A stretch of 45,651 nucleotides of DNA from contig NW_026576392.1 of assembly GCF_028641065.1 (NCBI RefSeq), positions 62,001 through 107,651 of the forward strand. The letters run 5' to 3'. This DNA is from Leucoraja erinacea (taxonomy: Eukaryota). Below, piece after piece: positions 35,749 to 45,651 of this stretch. The position numbers were made by a program, and so were the translations under genes. The notes below the pieces were generated by a model. The model saw nothing but the letters and a program-made list of their open reading frames with translations. It did no database searches and was not told the DNA's origin. Numbering within the stretch: position 1 is the stretch's first letter; each line of letters begins with the position of its first letter.

Positions 35749-36109
35749 AAGTAAGTAATTTTATTGGCCAAGTATTCACATACAAGGAATATGCCTTGGA
35801 ACTCCGCCCACAAGTAACAATCATAACATACAGCGACAGAATACCTCAGAAAACACTAAACATTGATAATAATAAAACGTTCATGATAAAACACCATTGA
35901 TCAAGCATGTGAACCAACAAAATACCAGATAAAAGGGAGAATACAGATATTTGGCTGTTGAGTAGAGTAACTACTCGTGGATAAGAACTGTTTTATGTCT
36001 GGCTGTGGCAGCTTTGACAGTCCGGAGTCGCCTTCCTGAGGGAAGTGATTCAAATAGTTTGTCGCCAGGGTGAGAGGGGTCAGAGATGATCTTGCCCGCT
36101 CGCTTCCTC
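35749..36109 (-). mobile_element. Type-B Rex1/Babar-like LINE fragment in V18 promoter
   Basis: Same sequence and insertion point. Confidence 0.75.
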
Positions 36110-36193
36110 TTGTTGCCCAATCATCTCAAACCTCCTTTGTTTTCTGCTCCATGATGTCACAGGAGGGGCAAGGACTGAAGTATAATATACAAG

Positions 36194-36430
36194 AAACAGG
36201 TTTTATCTGAAATTGTGAAAGTGCTGTGGTCTTGGCTCTTCATTCATTGGCTTATTCTTGACAGCGTCACATCCCCTCAACGCAGAGTTAATTTGTTCTC
36301 CAACTCCCCGAATTAACTCAGTTAACAATTCCGCCAATCACATCACTGCTTTTATTGCTCAATCATCTCAAACCTCCTTTGTTTTCTGTCCCATTACGTC
36401 ACAGGAGGGGCAAGGCCTGAAGTACCATGT
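36194..36430 (-). pseudogene. Promoter-only relic of a fully deleted V gene
   Basis: …gaagtataatatacaa joins directly to gaaacaggttttatctg (sequence just 5' of the leader); no leader, V exon or RSS. Confidence 0.75.
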
Positions 36431-36533
36431 ACAATAAACAAAATTCATTACATTATTCTTCAACCCAATTGTCATGGGTTTTTTAATTAAAAAATAGGTT
36501 CTTAATGACAGCAAACACACTGGCGTTGGGCCT

Positions 36534-37570
36534 GGATTTGAGTATAGCAGCAGAGAGGTTCTACTGCAGTTGTCCAGTGTCTTGGTGTGACCACACTTGA
36601 GTACAGTTTTGATCTGCTAATCTGAAGAAAGACATTATTTCCATAGAGGGAGTACAGAGAAGGTTCACCAGACTGATTCATGGGATGTCAGGACTTTTAT
36701 ATGAAAAAAGACTGGATAGACTCGGCTTGTACTCGCTAGAATTTAGAAGGTTGAGGGGGGATCTTATAGAAAGTTACACAATTCTTAAGGGGTTGGGCAG
36801 GCTAGATGCAGGAACATGTTCCCGATGTTGGGGAAGTCCAGAACAAGGGGTCACAGTTGAAGGATAAGAAGGAAATATTTTAGGACCGAGATGAGAAAAA
36901 CAGTTTTCACACAGAAAGTGGTGAATCTCTGGAATTCTCTGCCACAGAAGTTAGTTGATGCCAGTTCATTGTCTAAGTTTAAGATGGAGTTAGATGTGGC
37001 CCTTGTGGCTAAAGGCATCAAGGGGTATGGAGAGAAGGCAGGTACAGGATACTGAGTTGGATTATCAGCCATGATCATATTGAATGTCGGTGCAGGCTCG
37101 AAGGGCCGAATGGCATCATCCTGCACCTATTTTCTATGTTTCCATGTTCCTAAGTTAGGTCTATAATTCTTTGGAGCGCAGAAGGTTAAAGGGGTACTTC
37201 ATATTGGTCTTTAAATGGTGAGAGGGATAGACAGAGTTGACGTGTATAAGCTTTTTCCATTGAGAGTAGGGAATATTCAAACACGAGGACATGATTTGAG
37301 AATTAAGGGGCAGAAGTTTAGGGGTACCATGAGGGGGAAATTCTTTACTCAGAGAGTGGTGGCTGTGTGGAATGAGCTTCCAGTGGAAGTGGCGGAGGCA
37401 GGTTCGATTTTATCATTTAAAAATTAATTGGATGAGTATATGGACGGGAAAGGAATGGAGTGTTATGGTCTGAGTGCTGGCAGATGAGGCGAGGTGAGAA
37501 TAAGTGTTCGGCTCGGACTAGAAGGACTGTGATGGCCGGTTTCCATGCTGTAATTGTTATATGGTTATCA
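36534..37570 (+). mobile_element. Type-C tandem CR1 fragments
   Basis: Paralogue of 12701-13745 with identical junctions. Confidence 0.9.
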
Positions 37571-37839
37571 GGTTATAAATTAACAATCTAGCCCATGTGC
37601 ATAAGAGTATGAACCGCTTAATGCAACCAGAGGCAGTGCATAGTTCATCTGTTGGTCCTGTGGTGTGTTCAAGAACCTAATGTATGTTTGGTAGAAGCTA
37701 TTCTTCAACCCAATTGTCATGGGTGTTTTTAATATTTTAAAATCTTCTATTAAAGACAGCAAACACATTGGCGTTGGGGCAATCAACGAGGACGCGCCGA
37801 TGCTGACAGACGCGCTGAAAACTGACGGGGATCTCTGAT

Positions 37840-37878
37840 AGTTTTTGTACAGACTCAGCCCAATTCTGCGCCACCGTG
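37840..37878 (-). other. 23-RSS of V19
   Basis: CACGGTG-23nt-ACAAAAACT. Confidence 0.92.
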
Positions 37879-38735
37879 GGGCTCAGAGCGCAGTAATACA
37901 TCGCCGAGTCTCGGAGCCGCGTTTGTGACACCGTCAGCGGGACCGTTCCTGTCGAATGGTTGAGCTCAGCAGAAAAACGGTCCCCGGCATTGTTCTTCTC
38001 GCCGCCTTTGTATGTCGTTCTCAGCAGCAGAAACTCAAGGGATCCGCCGGGATACTGACGGTACCAGATTAGTCCAAGGCTGCTCGAGCTTGTAGCTGTA
38101 TAGTTGCAGCTCAATTTTGTATCATCCCCTTCACTCATTGTAACCGCTGCCGGTGTCTGAGAAACGGCGTCGCCTCGACAATTACCTGCAAGAGTCCGGG
38201 GATAAATAACACAACATCACCTAATTCAACTAATACTTCAGAATACCCCTCATCCTGATACTGATATGAGGTACAATTACATCAAACATACCCCTCCACC
38301 AAAAGCTAAATAAAGATGGGCGGAAAGCGCTGGGAATTACCGAATTAATTGATCTTTAAAGATAATCCGACCCGTTCCATCCGATTGGACGTCGTTATTG
38401 CTTCCGGGGAGGAAGGGGGAAATCGTGGATCACTCGTACGGGGACCGCCGGTGTGTTCTAACTATATGATGCTTCACCATCGTGGCTGCGTTCCAACAAT
38501 TAACCTGGAAACTCACCTCGAATTTCCGAACATCAATTACTGTGAAACTGAGTCCTTTTTCCTAATGTGCTCTGCGTTTATTGTCCTCATACGGACTGCC
38601 TTTCTAAAGTCGTTGTGTTGCATTCAAGGTATTCGGTTAATTAAATATCGAGGCCTACAGTATTGGAAACGTGGTGAACTTACCGGTTAAGAGAGCTGCA
38701 GCTGTAAGAAGCCAATACATTGTCAAGGCCAGCAT
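37879..38735 (-). CDS. TRAV: V19: TCR alpha/delta V segment, intact (leader 38684-38735, V exon 37879-38185)
   Basis: CDR1 TATSSSSLG, CDR2 TTYKGGEK. Confidence 0.88.
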
Positions 38736-39018
38736 GTTGTAATTGCATTGAGAGTGAATATGAACTGAAATGGTCTCACCCGGAAACAGGTTTAATCTTA
38801 TATTGTAAAAGAGCTGTGGTCTAGGTTCTTCATTCATTGGCTTATTCTTGACAGCGTCACATCCCGTCAGCGCGGAGCTAATTTGTTCTCCAGCTCCCCG
38901 AAGTTTCTTAATTCTGCCAATCACATCACTGCTTTTGTTGCCCAATCATTTCAAACGTCCTTTCTTTTCTGTTCCAGGGCGTCACAGGAGGGGCAAGACC
39001 GGAAGTACAATATATAAT

Positions 39019-39154
39019 TAGATTAGATTAGATTAGATTCAACTTTATTGTCATTGCATATTTACAGTACAACGAAATGGTTTTAATATCCACCACAGTG
39101 AGTCCACCAGGCACCTCCTACTTGCAAAGGAAGGCAAAAATCCCAAAGTCCTTG
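39019..39154 (-). mobile_element. Type-A retroelement tail with internal deletion
   Basis: Paralogue lacking the central aaccgagc…acacag segment. Confidence 0.55.
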
Positions 39155-39444
39155 TAATAGACAAAATTCAATAATTTAACAACCAGGTCCATGTGCATAA
39201 GATGCATGAAGTGCTTAATGCAACCGAAGACATTTGATGGTTCATCTTTTAGTGCTGTGTAGTGTTCGATAACCTAATATTTGTCTGTTAGAAGCTATTC
39301 ATCAACCCAATTATCATGGGTTTTTTAACATTCAAAACTCGTGTATAAATGACTGCAAATACACTGCCGTTGGGACGGGTGCAGCAATCAACAAGGGCGC
39401 GCCGATGCTGACAAACGCGCTGCAAACTGACGGGGATCTCTGAT

Positions 39445-39483
39445 AGTTTTTGTACAGGCTCAGCCCAATTCTGCGCCACCGTG
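39445..39483 (-). other. 23-RSS of V20
   Basis: CACGGTG-23nt-ACAAAAACT. Confidence 0.92.
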
Positions 39484-40340
39484 GGGTTCAGAGCGCAGTA
39501 ATACATCGCCGAGTCTCGGAGCCGCGTTTGTGACACCGTCAGCGGGACCGTTCCGGTCGAATGGTCCAGCTCAGCAGAAAAACGGTCCCCGGCATTGTTC
39601 TTCTCGCCGCCTTTGTATGTCGTTCTGAGCAGCAGAAACTCAAGGGATCCGCCAGGATAATGACGGTACCAGATTAGCCCAAGATTATTCAAGCTTGTAG
39701 CTGTATAGTTGCAGCTCAATTTTGCATTCTCCCCTTCACTCACTGTAACCACTGCTGGTGTCTGAGAAACGACGTCGCCTCGACAATTCCCTGCAAGAGA
39801 GCGGGGATAAATAACGCAACATCACCTAATTCAGCTCATATTTCCGAATACCCCTCATCCTGATACTGATATGAGGTGCAATGACATCAAACATACCCCT
39901 CCTCTAAAAGCTAAAAAAAAGATGGGCGGAAAGGCGCTGGGAATTACCGAATAAATTGATCTTTAAAGATAATCCAACCCGTTCCATCGGACTGGACGTA
40001 GTTATTGCTTCCGGGGAGGGAAAAGGGACTCGTAGATCACTCGTGCGTGAACCACCGGTGTGCTCTAACTATACGATACTTCTCCGTCTGGGCTGCTTTC
40101 CAACAATTAACCTGGAAACTCACCTCCAATTTCCGAACATCAATTACTGAGAAACTATCTTTTCTCCGAATGTGCTCTGCGTTTACTGGCCTCATACGGA
40201 CTCCCTTTCTAAAGTCGTTGTGTTGCCTTCAAGGTATTTGGTTGATTAAATATGTTGCCCTACATTATTGGAAACGTGGCGAACTTACCGGTTAAGAGAG
40301 CTGCAGCTGTAAGAAGCCAATACATTGTCAAGGCCAGCAT
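39484..40340 (-). CDS. TRAV: V20: TCR alpha/delta V segment, intact (leader 40289-40340, V exon 39484-39790)
   Basis: CDR1 TATSLNNLG, WYRH variant, CDR2 TTYKGGEK. Confidence 0.86.
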
Positions 40341-40631
40341 GTTGTAATTGCATTGAGAGTGAATATGAACTGAAATGGTCTCACCCGAAAACAGGTTTAA
40401 TCTGGTATTGTAAAAGAGCTGTGGTCTAGGCTCTTCATTCATTGGCTTATTCTTGACAGCGTCACGTCCCGTCGGCGCGGAGCGAATTTGTTCTCCAACT
40501 CCCTGAATTCACTCAGTTTCTTAATTCCGCCAACCACATCACTGCTTTTGTTGCCCAATCATCTCAAACCTCCTTTGTTTTCTGTTCCATGACGTCACGG
40601 GAGGGGCAAGGCCGGAAGTACAATATATCAT

Positions 40632-40818
40632 TAGATTAGATTAGTTTAAATTCAACTTTATTGTCATTGCACATTTATAGTACAACGAAATGGTTTAACC
40701 GAGCTGTCATATCATAGAATAAAAAAAACACACACTCAACACAGTTTTAACATCCACCACAGCGAGTCCACCAGGCACCTCCTCACTGTGATGGAAGGCA
40801 AAAATCCCAAAGTCCTTG
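40632..40818 (-). mobile_element. Type-A retroelement tail
   Basis: Paralogue of 1596-1786. Confidence 0.6.
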
Positions 40819-41109
40819 TAATAAACAAAATGTAATAAATTAACAACCAGGTCCATGTGCATAAGATGCATGAAGTGCTTAATGCAACTGAATACTTTCC
40901 ACAGTCCATCTTTTAGTGCGGTGTAGGGCTCAAACACCTAATATTTGTTGGTTAGAAGCTATTCTTCAACCCAATTACCATGGGGTTTTTTAATATTTAA
41001 AAATCGTGTATTAATGACAGCAAACACACTGGCGTTGGGACGGGTGCAGCAATCAACAAGGGCGCGCCGATGCTGACAAACGCGCTGCAAACTGACGGGG
41101 TACTCTGGT

Positions 41110-41148
41110 AGTTTTTGTACAGGCTCGGCCCAATTGTGCGTCACAGTG
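41110..41148 (-). other. 23-RSS of V21
   Basis: CACTGTG-23nt-ACAAAAACT. Confidence 0.92.
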
Positions 41149-42010
41149 GGGTTTAGAGCGCAGTAATACATCGCCGAGTCTCGGAGCCGCGTTTGTGACA
41201 CCGTCAGCGGGACCGTTCCTGTCGAGTGGTTGAGCTCAGCAGAAAATCGGGCCCCGGCATTGTTCTTCTCGCCGCCTTTGTATGTCGTTCTGAGCAGCAG
41301 AAACTCTAGGGATCCGCTGGGATACTGACGGTACCAGATTAGTCCAGGAGTGATCGAGCTTGAAGATGTATAGTTGCAGCTCAATTTTGTATCCTCCCCT
41401 TCACTCACTGTAACCGCTGCCGGTGTCTGGGAAACGGCGTCGCCTCGACAATTCCCTGCAAGAATCCGGGGATAAATAATACAACATCACCTAATTCAGC
41501 TCATATTTCAGAATACCCCTCATCCTGATACTGATATGAGATACAATGACATCAAACATACCCCTCCCCCAAAAGCTAAATAAATATGGGCGGAAAGGCG
41601 CTGGGAATTACCGACTAAATTTATCTTTAAAGATAATCCAACCGGTTCCATCGGATTGGACGTCGTTACTCCTTCCGGGGTGGGAAAAAGGGAATCGTAG
41701 ATCATTCGTGCGTGAACCACCGTGTGTTCTAACTCTACGATGCTTCTCCATTGGCGCTGCTTTCCCACAATTAACCCGGAAACTCACCTTAAATTTCCGA
41801 ACATCAATTACTGTGAAACGGCATCTTTTTTCCTAATGTGCTCTGCGTTTACTGTCGTCATACGGACGGACTCCCTTTCTAAAGTCGTTGTGTTGCATTC
41901 AAGGTATTTGGTTGAATAAATATCGTGCCCTACAGTATTGGAAACGTGGTGAACTTACCGGTTAAGAGAGCTGCAGCTGTAAGAAGCCAATACATTGTCA
42001 AGGCCAGCAT
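41149..42010 (-). CDS. TRAV: V21: TCR alpha/delta V segment, intact (leader 41959-42010, V exon 41149-41455)
   Basis: CDR1 TSSSSITPG, CDR2 TTYKGGEK. Confidence 0.88.
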
Positions 42011-42221
42011 GTTGTAATTGCATTGAGAGTGAATATGAACTGAAATGGTCTCACCCGGAAACAGGTTTAATCTGATATTGTGAAAGGGGTGTGGTCTAGG
42101 CTCTTCAATCATTGGCTTATTCTTGACAACGTCACATCCCGTCGGCGCAGAGCTAATTTGTTCTCCAACTCCCCGAATTCACTCAGTTTCTTAATTCCGC
42201 CAATCACATCACTACTTTTGT

Positions 42222-42581
42222 AAGTAAGTAATTTTATTGGCCAAGTATTCACATACAAGGAATATGCCTTGGAGCTCCGCCCACAAGTAACAACATAACA
42301 TACAGTGACAGAATACCTCAGAAAACACTAAACATTGATAATAATAAAACGTTCATGATAAAACACCATTGATCAAGCATGTGAACCAACAAAATACCAG
42401 ATAAAAGGGAGGCTACAGATATTTGGCTGTTGAGTAGAGTAACTACTCGTGGATAAAAACTGTTTTATATCTGACTGTGGCAGCTTTGGCAGTCCGGAGT
42501 CGCCTTCCTGAGGGAAGTGATTCAAATAGTTTGTCGCCAGGGTGAGAGGGGTCAGAGATGATCTTGCCCGCTCGCTTCCTC
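42222..42581 (-). mobile_element. Type-B Rex1/Babar-like LINE fragment in V21 promoter
   Basis: Same sequence and insertion point. Confidence 0.75.
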
Positions 42582-42901
42582 TTGTTGCCCAATCATCTCA
42601 AACCTCCTTTGTTTTCTGCTCCATGATGTCACAGGAGGGGCAAGGTCTGAAGTATAATATACAATAAACAAAATTCAATAAATAAACAACAACATTCATG
42701 TACACGAAAGGCATGAAGTGCTTAGTGCAACCGAAGACAGTTCATTGCTCATCTGTTACTGCTGTGTAATGTTCAGGAACCTAATGTTTAAATATGAGAA
42801 GCTGCTGGTGCATACAGGCGGTGGAACGGATGCTGCATTCAGCGAGGAAGGGCCGACGCTGACACAGTTCCACGCGCTGATAGGTGAGTGGGTGCGCTTG
42901 G

Positions 42902-42940
42902 AGTTTTTGTACGGGCTCAGCCCAATTCTGCGCTTCCGTG
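42902..42940 (-). other. 23-RSS of V22
   Basis: CACGGAA-23nt-ACAAAAACT. Confidence 0.85.
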
Positions 42941-43798
42941 GGGCTCAGAGCGCAGTAATACATCGCCGAGTCTCGGAGCCGCGTTTGTGACACCGTCAGC
43001 GGGACCTTTCCTGCCAAAAGGTCGAGCTCCGCAGAGAAGCGTTCACCGGCATTGTTCTTCGGGGCGGCTTCGTATTTCGTTCTGAGCAGCAGAAATTCAA
43101 GGGATCCGCCGGGATACTGACGGTACCAGATAAGACCAGGATTGTTCGAGCTTGTAGCTGTATAGCTGCAGTTCAACTGTGCGTCATCCCCTTCACTCAC
43201 TGTAACCGCTGCCGGTGACTGAGAAACGGCGTCGCCTCGACAATTCCCTGCAAGAGTCCGGGGATAAATAACACAACATCACATAATTCAGCTCATACTT
43301 CAGAATGCCCCACATCCTGATACTGATATGAGATACAATGACATCAAACATACCCCTCCCCTAAAAGCTAAATAAAGATGGGCGGAAAGACGCTGAGAAT
43401 TACCGAATAAATTTATCTTTAAAGATAATCCAACCCGTTCCATCGCCCTGGACGTCGTTATTGCTTCCGGGGAGGAAGGGGGAAATCGTAGATCACTCGT
43501 GCGTGAACCACCGGTGTGTTCTAACTCTCCGCTGCTTCACAATCGCGGCTGCTTTCCAACAATTAACCTGGAAGCTCACCTCGAACTTCCGAACATCAAT
43601 TACTGTGAAACTGCATATTTTTTCCTAATGTGCTCTGCGTTTACTGGCCTCATACTGACCCCCTTTCTAAAGTCGTTGTGTTGCATTCAATGTATTTGGT
43701 TGATTAAATATCGTGGCCTACATTATTGGAAACGTGGTGAACTTACCGGTTAAGAAAGCTGCAGCTGTAAGAAGCCAATACATTGTCAAGGCCAGCAT
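42941..43798 (-). CDS. TRAV: V22: TCR alpha/delta V segment, intact (leader 43747-43798, V exon 42941-43247)
   Basis: CDR1 TATSSNNPG, CDR2 TKYEAAPK, FR3 variant LDLLAGK. Confidence 0.88.
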
Positions 43799-44090
43799 GT
43801 TGTAATTGCATTGAGAGTGAATATGAACTGAAATGGTCTCACCCGGAAACAGGTTTAATCTGATATTGTGAAAGGGATGTGGTCGATGTTCTTCATTCAT
43901 TGGCTTATTCCTGACAGCGTCACGTCCCGTCGGCGCGGAGCTAATTTGTTCTCCAACTCCCCGAATTCACTCAGTTTCTTAATTCCGCCAATCACATCAC
44001 TAGTTTTGTTGCCCAATCATCTCACACCTCCTTTGTTTTCTGGTCCAATTACGTCACAGGAGGGGCAAGGCCGGAAGTACAATATATAAT

Positions 44091-44281
44091 TAGATTATAT
44101 TAGATTAGATTCAACTTTATTGTCATTGCACATTTACAGTACAAATAAATGGTTTAACCGAGCTGTCATAACATAGAATAAAATAACAAAACACACACTC
44201 AACACAGTTTTAACATCCACCACAGTGAGTCCAACAGGCACCTCCTCACTGTGATGGAAGGGAAAAATCCCAAAGTCCTTG
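44091..44281 (-). mobile_element. Type-A retroelement tail
   Basis: Paralogue of 1596-1786. Confidence 0.6.
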
Positions 44282-44572
44282 TGATAAACAAAATTCAATA
44301 AATTAACAACCAGGTCCATGGGCATAAGATGCATGAATTGCTTAATGCAACCGAAGACATTTCATAGTTCATATTTTAGTGCGGTGCAGGGATCAAGAAC
44401 CTAATATTTGTTTGTTAGAAGCTATTCTTCAACCCAATTATCATGGGGGTTTTTAATATTTAAAAATCGTGTATTAATGACAGCAAACACACTGGCGTTG
44501 GGACGGGTGCAGCAATCAACAAGGGCGCGCCGATGCTGACAAACGCGCGGAAAACTGACGGGGATCTCTGAT

Positions 44573-44611
44573 AGTTTTTGTACAGGCTCAGCCCAATTCT
44601 GCGCCACCGTG
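44573..44611 (-). other. 23-RSS of V23
   Basis: CACGGTG-23nt-ACAAAAACT. Confidence 0.92.
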
Positions 44612-45469
44612 GGGTTCAGAGCGCAGTAATACATCGCCGAGTCTCGGAGCCGCGTTTGTGACACGGTCAGCGGGACCGTTCCTGTGGAATGGTTGAGCTC
44701 CGCAGCAAAACGGTCCCCGGCATTGTTCTTCTCGCCGCCTTTGTATTTCGTTCTGAGCAGCAGAAACTCAAGGGATCCGCCGGGATACTGACGGTACCAG
44801 ATTAGTCCAGGAGGGGTCGTGCTTGTAGCTGTATAGTTGCAGCTCAATTTTGCATTCTCCCCTTCACTCACTCTAACCGCTGCCTGTGTCTGAGATACGG
44901 CGTCGCCTCGACAATTCCCTGCAAGAGTCCGGGGATAAATAACACAACATCATCTAATTCAGCTCATACTTCAGAATATCCCTCATCCTGATACTGATAT
45001 GAGGTACAATGACATCAAACATACCCCTCCTCTAAAAGCTAAATAAAGATGGGCGGAAAGGCGCTGGGAATTGCAGAATAAATTTATCTTTAAAGATAAT
45101 CCAACCGGTTGCATCGTCCTGGACGTCGTTATTGCTTGCGGGGAGGAAGGAGGAGATCGTATATTACACGTACGTGAACCACCGGTGTGTTCACACTATC
45201 CGATGCTTCACCATCGCGGCTGCTTTCCAACAATTAACCTGGAAATTCACCTCGAATTTCCGAACTTCAATTAATGTGAAACTGCATCTTTTTTCCTAAT
45301 GTGCTCTGCGTTTACTGTCCTCATACGGACTCCCTTTCTAAATTTATTGTTTTGCATTCAAGGCACTTGGTTGAATAAATATCGTGCCCAACATTATTGG
45401 AAACGTGGTGAACTTACCGGTTAAGAGAGCTGCAGCTGTAAGAAGCCAATACATTGTCAAGGCCATCAT
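44612..45469 (-). CDS. TRAV: V23: TCR alpha/delta V segment, intact (leader 45418-45469, V exon 44612-44918)
   Basis: CDR1 TATSTTPPG, CDR2 TKYKGGEK. Confidence 0.88.
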
Positions 45470-45651
45470 GTTGTAATTGCATTGAGAGTGAATATGAACT
45501 GAAATGGTCTCACCCGGAAACAGGTTTAATCTGATATTGTGAAAGGGCTGTGATCTAGGTTCTTCATTCATTGGCTTATTCTTGACAACGTCACATCCCG
45601 TCGGCGCGGAGCTAATTTTGTTCACCAACTCCCCGAAGTTTTCTTAATTCT

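Larger units (their letters stand above)
414..45651 (-). repeat. Tandem array of ~1.7-1.8 kb TCR alpha/delta V-gene units (segmental duplications)
   Basis: Same promoter-leader-intron-V-RSS module recurs throughout; V-exon acceptor spacing e.g. 759->2436->4106->5898->7704. Confidence 0.97.

Noticed and set aside
453-45469. NAR-TCR, IgNAR, Ig-like TCR V or cluster-type Ig organisation
   Set aside because: Every V has its own leader and no extra Cys in the mature domain (the GNCRG Cys lies in the signal peptide). No D, J or C segment is interspersed, and the WYRQ/YYCAL motifs fit conventional TRAV/TRDV.
1-45651. CRISPR array, prokaryotic operon or diversity-generating retroelement
   Set aside because: The repeats are kb-scale spliced eukaryotic genes. 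The only retroelement coding pieces are truncated LINE 3' ends with no intact reverse transcriptase.

Overview
This is eukaryotic, jawed-vertebrate DNA. It is probably from a cartilaginous fish such as a skate or ray, an inference from the V-domain style and the CR1/Rex1-like LINE fragments. The whole window is a head-to-tail, minus-strand array of one family of T-cell receptor alpha/delta-type variable gene segments (TRAV/TRDV-like), with a period of about 1.7-1.8 kb. Each unit has a promoter (CCAAT boxes, CRE-like motifs), a 52-nt leader exon (MLALTMYWLLTAAALLT-G), a ~500-nt GT-AG intron, a 307-nt V exon (GNCRG/DAVSQT...C...WYRQ...YYCAL) and a 23-spacer RSS. I count 23 V exons: 21 look intact, one has a leader stop codon (V18) and one is frameshifted inside a garbled stretch (V14). 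There are also two orphan leaders whose V exon was deleted, one promoter-only relic, and three kinds of retroelement insertion that were amplified with the array. None of the 23 RSS heptamers is the canonical CACAGTG. Two stretches (~22.9-25.0 kb and ~26.35-27.3 kb) look like base-by-base blends of different paralogous units and are probably consensus artefacts. Most ORF-track entries are shadows of this repeat unit. I see no wholly new system: this is V(D)J germline architecture. The interesting signals are the uniform CpG-containing non-canonical heptamer, near-unique CDR1 with dimorphic CDR2, module shuffling between paralogues, a compensated N-glycan sequon, and an Ig-like AGY serine bias in CDR1.
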